Shown in pieces: positions 29,823 to 40,125 of a stretch of 64,000 nt of DNA. The stretch is taken from positions 467,092 through 531,091 of the forward strand of contig JANZKC010000002.1 in the NCBI GenBank assembly GCA_025061115.1. The letters run 5' to 3'. Position numbers and translations under genes: made by a program. Origin of the DNA: Candidatus Culexmicrobium cathedralense. GTDB taxonomy: Archaea; Thermoproteota; Methanomethylicia; Culexarchaeales; Culexmicrobiaceae. The notes below the pieces were generated by a model that was not told the DNA's origin, ran no database searches, and was given only the letters and a program-made list of their open reading frames with translations. How positions within the stretch are numbered: the first letter of the stretch is position 1; every line of letters starts with the position of its first letter.

Positions 29823-31005
29823 TGAACCTAGCTATGAAGTAGCCGGGTGCATCATGAACGTCAGGGTAAAACCTCTGCACCAACGAGAACTTAGAAATCA
29901 AGGGAAGGCCAGGGCATCCAAGGTAAACTGGCTGATCATCAAGCTCAAGTGGATAATTTTCGAGAACATAATTGACGATCATCTCATTCTCCTCAGCAGT
30001 TAAAGTGCAAGTAGAGTAAACAATCACTCCTCCCGGCTTGACCAATTCAACTGCAGGCTCAAAGAACTGCCGCTGATAATTGAAGCATGAAATGACATCT
30101 CGACGAGACCTCCTCTCAAAAAGCTTTGGGCGAACGCCTAAAGCCGAGCATGGCGGGTCGATTAGAACTCTATCAGCCCTCAAATTCGGGTAATCCTTAT
30201 GAATATACCTTGAATCCCCGACGATTGCAGTGACATTCTTAACTCCAAGCCTACGCATATTTTCAACAAGCTTACTCAACCGAGATTTAGAACTGTCAAA
30301 CGCGAATATCCTCCCGGAATTCCCCATCAATTGAGCGATGTGCGAGGTTTTCCCTCCAGGAGCAGCACACATGTCAACCACAACTTCCCCAGGACATGGA
30401 CTCAAAACCAAGCTCGTGAGCATTGCGGGAATGCTCTGCTCATAAATTAAGCCGCCAGAGTAAGCTTCAAGCTCCCGCAGAGAAACGCTCCTATAAAGGG
30501 ATCTTGTGATTTTCACCGCCAACCCAAACGACTTCTCTTCCATTTCAACGCCACTCATAACTGCAATTCCAACTGCAACCGGATGCCCAAGCTCATCAAC
30601 AACCAGCACCTCATCTCCACGATCAACTCCAGCTGCAGACAATACTCCCGGAGCATAGAGCTGCGCACCCTGCATAACGCTTTCAGCAGCATACTTATCT
30701 GCAACTACAACCTTCTCAGCAGCCGGAATTTCAAATGGACCTTCCACCTCAACTAGGAGGGCCTCCTCAATTTTAGGGTGCTGACGAACTGAAAGCCCCT
30801 CATCCTCCAGAATGCTCATCAACCTCTCGGGATCAACCTTAAGCGTATTAACCCTAAAGCTATACCACTTGGAGGGGCGCCTCAAGCTATCCAAAATGCT
30901 ACTCAACCTAGCAGAGTTAAAGTACTGAAGTAGAAGCTCGGCAATCTCAACCGAGTAGCCACACTTTAGAGCTGACCCACCTGAAAGGCTTGAAGAGCAT
31001 GTCAT
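29812..31005 (-). CDS. RsmB/NOP2-family RNA m5C methyltransferase with PUA domain (NSUN6-like)
   Basis: RVNTLK, PUA motif GAQLYAPGV, DMCAAPGGKT, DPPCS, YSTCT. Confidence 0.9.
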   Translation of the reverse strand: MTCSSSLSGGSALKCGYSVEIAELLLQYFNSARLSSILDSLRRPSKWYSFRVNTLKVDPERLMSILEDEGLSVRQHPKIEEALLVEVEGPFEIPAAEKVVVADKYAAESVMQGAQLYAPGVLSAAGVDRGDEVLVVDELGHPVAVGIAVMSGVEMEEKSFGLAVKITRSLYRSVSLRELEAYSGGLIYEQSIPAMLTSLVLSPCPGEVVVDMCAAPGGKTSHIAQLMGNSGRIFAFDSSKSRLSKLVENMRRLGVKNVTAIVGDSRYIHKDYPNLRADRVLIDPPCSALGVRPKLFERRSRRDVISCFNYQRQFFEPAVELVKPGGVIVYSTCTLTAEENEMIVNYVLENYPLELDDQPVYLGCPGLPLISKFSLVQRFYPDVHDAPGYFIARFIKP

Positions 31006-31029
31006 CAGCCGTAAAAAGAGGCACTACAT

Positions 31030-32466
31030 TTAAAGTTCTTTTGGAAGCCTAGCCACAACCTCTCCACTTGAATTTAGAACTTCAATGACGACTGGGACGT
31101 TCATGCAGTGAACGGAGCACGATAGACATGGGTCGTAGTCCCTAATTAAGGTTGAAACCTCTGCGAGAAGCCTCTCCTCAGAAGACCCCTTCAAAATCTT
31201 TGAAGCAACAACCTTTACGTCCCTACCGATCACAGGAATGTTCTGCACCGTCGCCACGATCATGTTTGCCCTCGTTATAATCCCCTCATCATCAGCGAAG
31301 TAGTGGTGAATGAGCGTCCCCCTGGGGGCCTCAACCACTCCAACGCCCTCATGAAACTCAACTCTAACTCTCCTAGCAGGCCCTTCAGCTCTCTCAAGCG
31401 AAGAATCGCTCAAAAGCGAATTTAACCTTTCAAAGCAGTAGGCAAGCTCAACCAGCCTAGCTAAATTGTAGTGGCGAGTCGAATTCACTGGCCTTGAAGA
31501 GCTCAAATTAAACTTCTCCCGCAAATCCTCAGCCCAGTCCGAATTCAACTTCCCAGCAATATTTAGCCTAGCAAGAGGGCCGACGCGGTAAATTCCATCA
31601 GGATATCCAAGCTTCTTCAGGAAGGGGGCCTTAGCATAACTCCATGAAACAACGCGCTCATTAATGTGCTCCAAATACTCCTCTGGCCGAAATTCATCGA
31701 CAAGATCTCCACGTTCAGAAATGGCTCTAATTTTAGGTGCATCATACAGGGCAAAGTCCTCATCGGAGTAGAGAGATAGGAAATTCGAAGGCTCAGAAAC
31801 ACCTCCAACAGCAGACTTGACTGCAGCTTCCTCGACTAGAGATAAGGTTTCAGAGAAAATTTTCATCGCCTCATTGCATGCTTCCAAAAGCTTCAATCGC
31901 TCATCACCCTCAATTGGCTTGGCGAAGCCTCCTGGAACCGCTGCCGTTGGATGAACAGACGACCCACCTAAAGCTTCAAGCACTCTTTGAGCAAAGCGCC
32001 TAATTGCAAGCGCATTCCTAATAAGCCTTGGATACCTCTTAGCAAGCTCAGGAAGCCCTCTCCTCCAAACAGGAAGGTCGGAGAGCAGCAGGTCAGGAGC
32101 ATAAAGAAGGAAGAAGTGAAGTGCATGGCTATGAACAATGCCTGCCAAGTGAAGCGCTAATCTGAGCTTTTCAGCCCAAGGAGAAACCTCCAAGCCCAAT
32201 ATGGAGTCTACAGCTTTAACCGAAGCTAAGTGATGAGAAGTGGAGCACAGCCCGCATATCCTCGTAACGATAATTGGAGCCTCCTCAACAGGCCTATTCC
32301 TCAGAAAAGCTTCAAAGCCCCTGAACTCCATGACGTGGAAGTAGGCTGACTCAACCTCCCCATCATCGCCTAGCACTATCGTAACTTTAGCATGACCCTC
32401 AATTCTAGTTATAGGGTAGAACGAAATGGACCTACCCACGCCTAGCACCCCTAACCTTACGGCCAA
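31030..32466 (-). CDS. mvhA: [NiFe] hydrogenase large subunit, group 3c (MvhA-like)
   Basis: TRIEGH, RGFE, L1 RICGLC, EAPRGTLIH, L2 YDPCLSCSVH followed by a C-terminal extension. Confidence 0.88.
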   Translation of the reverse strand: MAVRLGVLGVGRSISFYPITRIEGHAKVTIVLGDDGEVESAYFHVMEFRGFEAFLRNRPVEEAPIIVTRICGLCSTSHHLASVKAVDSILGLEVSPWAEKLRLALHLAGIVHSHALHFFLLYAPDLLLSDLPVWRRGLPELAKRYPRLIRNALAIRRFAQRVLEALGGSSVHPTAAVPGGFAKPIEGDERLKLLEACNEAMKIFSETLSLVEEAAVKSAVGGVSEPSNFLSLYSDEDFALYDAPKIRAISERGDLVDEFRPEEYLEHINERVVSWSYAKAPFLKKLGYPDGIYRVGPLARLNIAGKLNSDWAEDLREKFNLSSSRPVNSTRHYNLARLVELAYCFERLNSLLSDSSLERAEGPARRVRVEFHEGVGVVEAPRGTLIHHYFADDEGIITRANMIVATVQNIPVIGRDVKVVASKILKGSSEERLLAEVSTLIRDYDPCLSCSVHCMNVPVVIEVLNSSGEVVARLPKEL

Positions 32467-33346
32467 ATATGGATGCTGGAAGCGTAAATCGATAAAGCAC
32501 TCCAGCTAGGTCGGACAGCCTCATCAAGTCCTCCAACGCCACCTCTTCAAGTGAAGTGGCTGATGCTATTGCGCTAATCATCTTGGCAGCTTGATCCTCA
32601 ACTCCCTCCAAAACCCCCATACAGCCCCTACATGGATAACCAGCTTTAATGCACCTAGCTCCGCAGCCACCTCGAGTTGCAGGTCCAAGACATATGAAGC
32701 CCTGCTCCAATAGGCACTTGCTTAGATCAACCTCGTCGTAAACCCACCTCCTAATGCCCTTAATTACCTTCTCGCCCCCACTATTCAGCGGACACTCATC
32801 GCAAACGCTCTTAGCTGGCAATTCAAATTCTTCGCCTGAAATTAAAGCTTCAAAAAACTTCGATATGAGCTTCATTGGCGGAGGGCAGCCTGGAAGCGCA
32901 TAGTCAACCTTAACAACTCTGCTCAAAGGCTTGATGAAGTCAGTTAAAGCGGGAACTTCAACGCGTGGAGGCTCGCCCTCAGGGTTGATTGTGCCCAACT
33001 GCTCTAAGTAGGAGGTCTTGAGGAGCTCCATGGAATTGAGGAGATTTGCAAGCCCAGGAATTCCGCCGAAGCATGCGCATGAGCCAAAAGCCACCAAAAT
33101 CGAGCATTTCCCCCTCCACCTCTTAACCTTCTCCAAGTCCTCCTCAGTCCTAATAGCTCCAGTTAGAATTGCCACGTCAACCCTCTCAGGTGGAGGAGCG
33201 TCCATTAAGATGGGGGCGTAAACCAGCTCGACATCGCGGAGCACTGAGAGTAGAGAGTCTCCAAGATCTAAAATTGCGTTTTCACATCCAGCGCATGCAG
33301 TTAAGTGCTCTATGGCTAATGTCAAATTACTCCTCAACCAAAACAC
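32432..33346 (-). CDS. mvhG: [NiFe] hydrogenase small subunit (MvhG-like)
   Basis: CAGC, FGSCACFGGIPGL, PGCPP, VCDEC, CLLEQGFICLGPATRGGC. Confidence 0.88.
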   Translation of the reverse strand: MFWLRSNLTLAIEHLTACAGCENAILDLGDSLLSVLRDVELVYAPILMDAPPPERVDVAILTGAIRTEEDLEKVKRWRGKCSILVAFGSCACFGGIPGLANLLNSMELLKTSYLEQLGTINPEGEPPRVEVPALTDFIKPLSRVVKVDYALPGCPPPMKLISKFFEALISGEEFELPAKSVCDECPLNSGGEKVIKGIRRWVYDEVDLSKCLLEQGFICLGPATRGGCGARCIKAGYPCRGCMGVLEGVEDQAAKMISAIASATSLEEVALEDLMRLSDLAGVLYRFTLPASIFGRKVRGARRG

Positions 33347-33770
33347 CCCTTAGAGGGCTTGGACCCAACTCTGCAATTCTCCTAACAAATTCCTCCACTA
33401 TTCTAGCGAACCTCTCACCTTCACCAGCTGAAGCCCAGTCAATTCTAATTCTATCAGGCTCCAGCCCCAAATCCTTGAGGAGGAGTTTAAGCATTGCCAC
33501 TTTACGCTCAGCCCTATAATTGCCAGTTAAGTAGTGGCAGTCCCCCGGATGGCAGCCGACAATCAAAACTCCATCAGCGCCGCCCTTAAAAGCCTTCAAA
33601 ACGTGAGCTGGATCGATCCTTCCAGTGCACATTACCCGCACAATCCTAATGTTAGCAGGATACCTCAACCTCATGGTTCCAGCTAAGTCAGCAGCCGCAT
33701 ATCCGCACCAATTACATAGAAAGCCAATGATCCTCGGCTTAAAGCGCTTCCTTAAATCAAGCCTTCCCAA
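33327..33770 (-). CDS. mvhD: Hydrogenase [2Fe-2S] subunit MvhD
   Basis: FLCNWCGYAAADLAG, VMCTGR, GCHPGDCHY; the likely TTG start at 33770 overlaps the korC stop (ORF track starts at 33803). Confidence 0.92.
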   Translation of the reverse strand: MGRLDLRKRFKPRIIGFLCNWCGYAAADLAGTMRLRYPANIRIVRVMCTGRIDPAHVLKAFKGGADGVLIVGCHPGDCHYLTGNYRAERKVAMLKLLLKDLGLEPDRIRIDWASAGEGERFARIVEEFVRRIAELGPSPLRGVLVEE

Positions 33771-34317
33771 CGAGCTTGCTTCCAAAAGCCCAGCCCTCCT
33801 CAACTGCCTTCAAATTAAGCTCCTCAGTGCCCCTAGGAACGCTATCCAAAATGGACTTCTTTAGGGCATCCAAACTCACAATTCCAGTTATAGCTGAAAA
33901 AGCTCCGAGCATAACTATGTTGGCCACAATTCTCCTTCCAAGCTGCTCCGCAATTCTAGTTGCAGGAACCCTATACAACTTAACCTCCCCAGGCACGTCA
34001 ATCGGCTCAACGAGATCCTCATCAACAATTATAACTCCACCACTCTTCACTCCGCCCTTATAGTAGTTGTAGGCATCCTGAGACAAAGCTATTAGAACAT
34101 CCGGCGAGCTAGCGCATGGATAATCTATTTCCTCAGTAGATATGATGACGTCAGACCTGCACCTGCTTCCCCTAGCCTCAGGGCCATACGATTCAACTTG
34201 AACTGCGCACTTCCCATCGAAAAGGCAAGCGGCCTTGCCGAGAACGTAGCCAGCTAATATTATTCCCTGACCACCAAGACCCGAAATCCTAACCTCCCAC
34301 CTCAACACCATCACCAA
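33757..34317 (-). CDS. korC: 2-oxoacid:ferredoxin oxidoreductase gamma subunit
   Basis: GLGGQG, SYGPEARG, ANIVMLGA. Confidence 0.88.
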   Translation of the reverse strand: MVMVLRWEVRISGLGGQGIILAGYVLGKAACLFDGKCAVQVESYGPEARGSRCRSDVIISTEEIDYPCASSPDVLIALSQDAYNYYKGGVKSGGVIIVDEDLVEPIDVPGEVKLYRVPATRIAEQLGRRIVANIVMLGAFSAITGIVSLDALKKSILDSVPRGTEELNLKAVEEGWAFGSKLVGKA

Positions 34318-34324
34318 TTCACGC

Positions 34325-35179
34325 TTAAACCAAGCACCTAATATCCCGCCCAGACCTCTCCCTAATTAAGCGGTAAAGCTCGCTTATGAATTCAGGGCGC
34401 TCAACGTCCACGAACTCCCCAACAACTATTTTCCCTCCAACCTCAATTTCAACCTTAGCTGGATCAATGAAGTTCCTGATTACGGAGTTCTTCTTGAGAT
34501 AATTGATGACCTTCAGCGGGCCCCCAAGCTTATTATACCGAGCGTAGAGCGTAATGCAGGGGGCAATAACCTCAATGAAAGCGAAGCCTCGCTTAAGCAG
34601 CCCCTTCTCAATAGACTTGGAAAGCTGAACTGGATGAGCAACAGTCCACCTAGCAACATAAGTTGCTCCAGCTGCAGCAGCCAAGTAAACGAGATTAAAT
34701 GGATGCTCAATATTTCCATAGGGAGTCGTCGTAGTTATGGATTTAAATGGAGTTGTAGGGCCAAGCTGGCCTCCGGTCATGCCATAATTGAAGTTGTTAA
34801 TGCAAATCACGAGCAAATCAACATTTCTCCTAGCAGCATGAATGAAGTGATTGCCTCCAATCGCAAATAAATCCCCATCACCACTAAAAACAACGACATG
34901 CATATTCGGCCTCGCAACCTTAACGCCCATAGCCAGCGGAATCGCTCTACCATGAGTCGTGTGGAACGAGTCGAAGTGAACGTAGCCAGCAGCTCTACCA
35001 CTACATCCAATGCCAGAAATAAATGCAATTTCATTGGGATTTACGTTAAGCTCCTTAACAGCCCTCAGAAAGCAGCCGAGAGCAATGCCAATGCCGCAGC
35101 CGGGGCACCATATGTGGGGAAGCCTATCAGACCTCAACAGATCGCCAAGAGGATGAACATTCCCAGCCTCACTCAACAT
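34325..35179 (-). CDS. korB: 2-oxoacid:ferredoxin oxidoreductase beta subunit
   Basis: WCPGCG, SGIGCS, HGRA, GDGD TPP motif, NYGMTGGQ. Confidence 0.9.
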   Translation of the reverse strand: MLSEAGNVHPLGDLLRSDRLPHIWCPGCGIGIALGCFLRAVKELNVNPNEIAFISGIGCSGRAAGYVHFDSFHTTHGRAIPLAMGVKVARPNMHVVVFSGDGDLFAIGGNHFIHAARRNVDLLVICINNFNYGMTGGQLGPTTPFKSITTTTPYGNIEHPFNLVYLAAAAGATYVARWTVAHPVQLSKSIEKGLLKRGFAFIEVIAPCITLYARYNKLGGPLKVINYLKKNSVIRNFIDPAKVEIEVGGKIVVGEFVDVERPEFISELYRLIRERSGRDIRCLV

Positions 35180-36348
35180 TTAACATACGCCTCCTCTATT
35201 ACAGCTAAAAGCTCCTCCGGAGTGTGAGGGTTACCGCCAATCTTATGGACGAAGTTCACAGGCTTACCGCCGGAACACCTCTCAACTTCGCCGACAAGCT
35301 GGCCATAATTCATCTCAGCAACCACGAAAGAGCTAATTCGCCTCGAAAGCTCTCTAAAGTAATTATATGGGAAAGGCCACACGGTAATTAGCCTCACTAG
35401 GCCGACCTTCAACCCCTTAGACCTAGCAATTCTAACAGCTCTAATTGCAGACCTAGCAGGAGTCCCATAGGCAACAACAACAACCTTAGCATCCGAAATG
35501 AAGTGCTCATCCATCCTCACTATCCTATCAGCATTAACCCTAATCTTATCGCACAGCCTCCTAACAAGCTGCTCCTGAACCTTAGGATCGGTAGATCTTG
35601 GATAGCCTTTAAAGTTGTGAGTCAAGCCAGTTACATGAATCCTGTAGCCTTCACCAAAACAAGCCATTGGAGGGACAAGGTCATCATCAGGCTTAAATGG
35701 CTCGAACTCCTCCGGAGGAACTTCAGGCTTCTTCCTATTAACAATCTTAACTTCACTTGGAAGCTTAATCACCACTTTCTCCCGCATGTGACCGAGAATT
35801 TCATCCGAAAGAAGAATTACGGGAACCCTAAACTGCTCAGCCAAGTTGAAAGCTTCAATAGTCAAGTCGAACATTTCCTGCACAGAATAAGGAGCCAAAG
35901 CAATAACCTCATAATCCCCATGGCTCCCCCACCTAGCCTGCATCACATCACCTTGACCAGCCCTCGTTGGCTGACCCGTACTAGGCCCTCCCCTCATAAC
36001 GTTAACAATGACTATTGGAGCTTCAGTCATGGCAGCCAAACCAATATTCTCCTGCATCAAGCTAAAGCCAGGCCCACTAGTAGCAGTCATCGCCTTCACA
36101 CCAGCATACGAGGCGCCAATTATCAGCGCTATGGAGGCAAGCTCATCCTCCATTTGAATGAAAACGCCTCCAACTTCAGGAAGCCTCCTAGCCATGCGCT
36201 CCGCAATTTCAGTTGAAGGCGTTATTGGATATCCAGCAAAAAGCTTACAGCCAGCTACAATTGCCCCCTCAGCGCACGCCTCATCTCCCTGCATGAAGAA
36301 AGCGCCCTTCAGATACCTTGAAAACACCCCGCTCACACTACCACCCAA
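35173..36348 (-). CDS. korA: 2-oxoacid:ferredoxin oxidoreductase alpha subunit (KorA-like)
   Basis: YPITPS, MEDE, TATSGPGFSLM, RGGPSTGQPT, EMNYGQ. Confidence 0.9.
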   Translation of the reverse strand: MGGSVSGVFSRYLKGAFFMQGDEACAEGAIVAGCKLFAGYPITPSTEIAERMARRLPEVGGVFIQMEDELASIALIIGASYAGVKAMTATSGPGFSLMQENIGLAAMTEAPIVIVNVMRGGPSTGQPTRAGQGDVMQARWGSHGDYEVIALAPYSVQEMFDLTIEAFNLAEQFRVPVILLSDEILGHMREKVVIKLPSEVKIVNRKKPEVPPEEFEPFKPDDDLVPPMACFGEGYRIHVTGLTHNFKGYPRSTDPKVQEQLVRRLCDKIRVNADRIVRMDEHFISDAKVVVVAYGTPARSAIRAVRIARSKGLKVGLVRLITVWPFPYNYFRELSRRISSFVVAEMNYGQLVGEVERCSGGKPVNFVHKIGGNPHTPEELLAVIEEAYVKC

Positions 36349-36653
36349 ATAACTTGGAAAATCCCACCACCAATGTAATTAAACTATAGAAATGTATAAA
36401 GTTTGTCTCTTTACGAAAACAATTCATAAAACTAAAACTACTTAAAAAGCAACGCGCATAATAAGCTAAAAACTGTAAGCCAGCGTTTACAAAGTTAAAA
36501 AAGTAAAGCATAAAACGGAAGATAGCCAACTCACAAAAATACCAAGCAAATGGAGGCACTACACCCCACGCAAACAGGCGATTAATTGCGCCTTACGAGG
36601 CTTCATAGCGAACATTCATAATAACTTCCAGGCGCAGACTCTTCTCATTTGTA

Positions 36654-36753
36654 TGGTGCGGGGGGTGGGATTCGAACCCACGCAGGCCTACGCCACAGCC
36701 GCTCTGAAAACTTCCTCAGGGCTGCGCCTTTGACCTGACTCGGCCACCCCCGC
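36654..36753 (-). tRNA. tRNA-Leu(GAG) with a 12-nt intron at 37/38 (36702-36713); CCA encoded
   Basis: Reverse complement reads GCGGGGG...CAGCC-CTGAGG[AAGTTTTCAGAG]C-GGCTG, long variable arm, GGTTCGAATCC, ACCA end; BHB helix CTGA/TCAG. Confidence 0.93.
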
Positions 36754-36792
36754 CGTACAAAAGGTTGCAGAATTACAACATTAGCTTTTCGG

Positions 36793-37065
36793 CTAGTAGT
36801 CGTATAAACTTCCCTTGCGCTCCAGAAGCACTCCTTGAGCCTTCCTATACTTAACCGTCTTAATTCGAATTTTAACTACTTCGCCAATTTTAGCTCCAGG
36901 AATGAAAACCGCCGTGTCTTTCACTCTGGCTATTCCATCTCCATTTGCAGCGCAATCCTCGACCACAACTATGTAGGTGTCTCCAACTCTCAGCCGCTTA
37001 AAGCCATATTGCCGAGAAGTTCTATCGCGCTTCTTAGAGCGCCTTTTCGGTGCACGTCTAGGCAT
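36793..37065 (-). CDS. TRAM-domain RNA-binding protein
   Basis: VGDTY...GDGIARV...VFIPGAKIGEVVKIRI. Confidence 0.85.
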   Translation of the reverse strand: MPRRAPKRRSKKRDRTSRQYGFKRLRVGDTYIVVVEDCAANGDGIARVKDTAVFIPGAKIGEVVKIRIKTVKYRKAQGVLLERKGSLYDY

Positions 37066-37132
37066 TCACGTCCTCCTAACTTGCGATAATTGGTCCCTAT
37101 AAGTTTGTAGGTAATTATAAGTGTTGCGCAAT

Positions 37133-37879
37133 CTACTTTCTCCTTCTCCGAGCTCCCTTCTTCCTGCCTGTTTTCCTTGGCGCTATGTGGCCAACCTTCT
37201 GCCCTGGAGGAGCTGTGCGTGGAACAGGCGTGCTTCCCGTCGGGTGTTGACCTCCTCCATGCGGATGGCTTGCAGCAACCATTGCTTTGCCCCTCACAAC
37301 TGGCCACTTCCAAGCTTTCACCTTAACTCTATAGTACTTAGTTCCAGCTTTAACGAATGGCTTTTCAGTTCTACCTCCGCCGGCGACAACCCCTATGGTT
37401 GCTCTGCACTTGGGGTTCAGCGACTTAAGCTTGCCTGAGGGGAGGCGGATGATCGTTCTATCTGGAGCTTGAGCAATTACAGTGGCGTACGAGCCTGAGG
37501 ACCTCGCAAACTTGCCTCCATCTCCAGGCCTAGCCTCTACATTGCATATTTGAGTGCCCTCAGGAATCTTTCCAATTGGAATTATGTTGCCAACCTCAAG
37601 AGGAGCATTAACCCCCTTAGCAATTATCTGCCCCACTGCGAGCCCCTCGGGAGCCAGTATCAGCTGCTTCGTTCCATCCTCAAACTTCACTAGGGCAACC
37701 GGAGCACCCCTACCGGGGTCGTGAAGTAGAGCTTCAACCCTACCCGTGACTACAGATTCCATCTCCTCACTGCTTGGAGGCAAGTACTTGACATCTCCAA
37801 CTCTCTTCCACGAAGGAGAGCGGAAAACTGAGCCTCCACGCCCCTTTCTCTGAACAAGCAATCTCTTCCCCATAAACAA
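37133..37879 (-). CDS. rpl2: 50S ribosomal protein uL2
   Basis: MGKRLLVQRKGRG, HDPGRGAP, HPHGGG. Confidence 0.97.
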   Translation of the reverse strand: MFMGKRLLVQRKGRGGSVFRSPSWKRVGDVKYLPPSSEEMESVVTGRVEALLHDPGRGAPVALVKFEDGTKQLILAPEGLAVGQIIAKGVNAPLEVGNIIPIGKIPEGTQICNVEARPGDGGKFARSSGSYATVIAQAPDRTIIRLPSGKLKSLNPKCRATIGVVAGGGRTEKPFVKAGTKYYRVKVKAWKWPVVRGKAMVAASHPHGGGQHPTGSTPVPRTAPPGQKVGHIAPRKTGRKKGARRRRK

Positions 37880-37883
37880 CCAC

Positions 37884-38165
37884 CTACAATATACCTAGCT
37901 TAGTAGCTACATCCGAAGCCCTATGTTCAGGAGCCAGCTTCACGTAAGCCTTCTTCTCTCCCCTAGGAGTAATCAGCGTATTAACCTTCACGACTTTAAC
38001 GTTGAAGAGCTGCTCCACCGCCCACTTAATCATCTGCTTATTAGCTCTAATGTCAACTATGAAGGTCAACTTGTTTTCCCGCTCAATCCTCTCTATTGCG
38101 GCCTCCGAAATCACGGGCCTAACTATTATGCTCCAAGGATCTATTTTCAAAGACGACACCTTCAA
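37884..38165 (-). CDS. rpl23: 50S ribosomal protein uL23
   Basis: [22 protein letters not shown]. Confidence 0.97.
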   Translation of the reverse strand: MKVSSLKIDPWSIIVRPVISEAAIERIERENKLTFIVDIRANKQMIKWAVEQLFNVKVVKVNTLITPRGEKKAYVKLAPEHRASDVATKLGIL

Positions 38166-38220
38166 TCACTAACCTCAGTAAAGCTGCCATATAGGATGGA
38201 GTAGGCGCTCATAAACTTTT

Positions 38221-39054
38221 CTAGGAACTTCCAAACCGCTCCTTAAGCCGCTCAACCGCAGACTCCGTCCAAATAGTCAATCTGCCCGGGTGGCCTCCTG
38301 GAGCCAAGTGCATTACACTTAAATTGTCAACGTTCACAACGTCAACTCCCGGAAAGTTCCTTGCAGCCCTGAATATGCCATTATCCTCAGCAATGACGAT
38401 TAGGGGCCCCTTCCTCCTCTTATACTTCCTACCCCTAAACTTCCCCTTCCCAGCCCTAATCTTCTTACCTCGCTTCGCCCTCTCAATGTCATCCCAAACC
38501 CCTAGACGCTTAAACACCTCCCTAACTTCAGCAGCCCTGCTCAGCTGCTCCAATTCGCTCGTCACAATGAGAGGTATTTGCGGAACCTTCACTATCACGT
38601 GCCCTCGAGACGAAACTAACTTCGGATCAGCAGTAGCTGCAATAGCCGACATTATGGCAAGCCGCCTCTCCTTCTTATTAATCCTCTCCCAAACAACTTC
38701 CTCAGCTCTCGGAGGATGAGTTCTTCTGCCTCCCACGGTCATTGGAGCTAAAGCTGCTTGATTAGCCTTAGGATACCTGCTACCCTTAACTCTAGGAACC
38801 CTCGCCACGCCGAAGCCCACACCCCAGCTCTCAGCAGTAGTTCGCTTTCCAGCCAAGGGATCTCTGCCTTGAGGCTGAACTCTAGCTGTTAATGCAGATA
38901 TGAAAGCCCTCCTGATCAAGTCTATCCTTAAAGGCACGCTGAAGACGCTTGGAAGCTCCACCTCCTTCACCGGCTCGCCCTTCAAGCTGAAGACCTTCAC
39001 TTGAAGAGGCTTAACCGACAGCTTAGAAAGGTACTTCTCCATCACGTCATTCAC
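38221..39054 (-). CDS. rpl4: 50S ribosomal protein uL4
   Basis: [31 protein letters not shown]. Confidence 0.97.
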   Translation of the reverse strand: MNDVMEKYLSKLSVKPLQVKVFSLKGEPVKEVELPSVFSVPLRIDLIRRAFISALTARVQPQGRDPLAGKRTTAESWGVGFGVARVPRVKGSRYPKANQAALAPMTVGGRRTHPPRAEEVVWERINKKERRLAIMSAIAATADPKLVSSRGHVIVKVPQIPLIVTSELEQLSRAAEVREVFKRLGVWDDIERAKRGKKIRAGKGKFRGRKYKRRKGPLIVIAEDNGIFRAARNFPGVDVVNVDNLSVMHLAPGGHPGRLTIWTESAVERLKERFGSS

Positions 39055-39059
39055 CCCAG

Positions 39060-40055
39060 CTAAACGTGAATATAAACTACCCTCGGCCTCGTCTTTGGCG
39101 CATTTTCCGGAGGTCTAATGGGGTATCGAAGCTTAATCAGCCTCTTAGTAGGCCCTGGAACTGAGCCTTCCAACACAACGTACTGCCCCCTAATCAATCC
39201 GTAGTGCATGAAGCCGCCCTTAGGAGTTATCTCATCACCGCTCTCACCAATCTTCAAAATCCTCTTATTGTACTCTGTCCTCTGATGGAATCCCAGCTGC
39301 CCAGCTCTAGGAATGGTCCACATTACACCTGGATGAGCCGGCCCTATGGAGCCTATCCTCCTATGCCCCTTCCTATGCTTATGCCACCTAGGAAGAATTT
39401 TAACTCCAAAACGCTTAATCACGCCCTGAAATCCCTTCCCCTTAGTCACGGAAATAACATCTACGTACTGACCCTCGGAGAAAACATCCTTTATCGACAC
39501 TTCACTGCCCAGAAGCTTCTTAGCATACTCAAACTGCTCTTCAGTGGAGCCGCCGCCAATTTTAACCTCAAATACTTCAGGCTTCTTCTTCCTAATCCCA
39601 GCCTTCTGAGGCTGGCAGGCCACAATTAATCGAAACTCTGAAACCTCATTAAGCTTGGACTCAATCCTCCTCAGCGCTGAATCCACATTAAACTTCTCGG
39701 GAACGGTGAACACGCGCTCCAAAGGCTTAGGCGGAACTTCAACCCAAGCTTCAGAGAGAGCTTTAAGGCCATCATAAGTGCGCTTATACGCCCTTACAGC
39801 GCAAACATAGAGAGGTGGAGTTTCAACTATGCTGACAGGCTTAATGACCTCCCTACCATATAGGGGAGCTTTAGGCCAGTCCTCAACCACCACAGCGTGG
39901 GTCATGCCGACCTTGTAGCCTGCGAAGGCCAGTAGGCGAGGCCCCTCCTCAACTTCAGGCCAAGACCTAATCCTAGCTACTATGCTTGCAGCTCTAACCC
40001 TCGGCCTAAAGCCGAGCGAGCCTCTTCTAGGAGCATTAGTCCGCCTATGACCCAT
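39060..40055 (-). CDS. rpl3: 50S ribosomal protein uL3
   Basis: [37 protein letters not shown]. Confidence 0.97.
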   Translation of the reverse strand: MGHRRTNAPRRGSLGFRPRVRAASIVARIRSWPEVEEGPRLLAFAGYKVGMTHAVVVEDWPKAPLYGREVIKPVSIVETPPLYVCAVRAYKRTYDGLKALSEAWVEVPPKPLERVFTVPEKFNVDSALRRIESKLNEVSEFRLIVACQPQKAGIRKKKPEVFEVKIGGGSTEEQFEYAKKLLGSEVSIKDVFSEGQYVDVISVTKGKGFQGVIKRFGVKILPRWHKHRKGHRRIGSIGPAHPGVMWTIPRAGQLGFHQRTEYNKRILKIGESGDEITPKGGFMHYGLIRGQYVVLEGSVPGPTKRLIKLRYPIRPPENAPKTRPRVVYIHV

Positions 40056-40125
40056 ATTCTACTCCTCTCCACTCATATGCAGTAGCTGGAAAAGTAACGC
40101 AGAATCATGCATATATACTTTACAC

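Noticed and set aside
36338-36559. ORF upstream of korA as a possible KorD/ferredoxin
   Set aside because: No CxxCxxC motifs; Phe-rich translation of an AT-rich promoter region.
38166-38220. ATGA...CTGA on the minus strand between rpl4 and rpl23
   Set aside because: Only about 30 nt between the boxes and no clear C'/D'; better explained as an internal promoter plus RBS.
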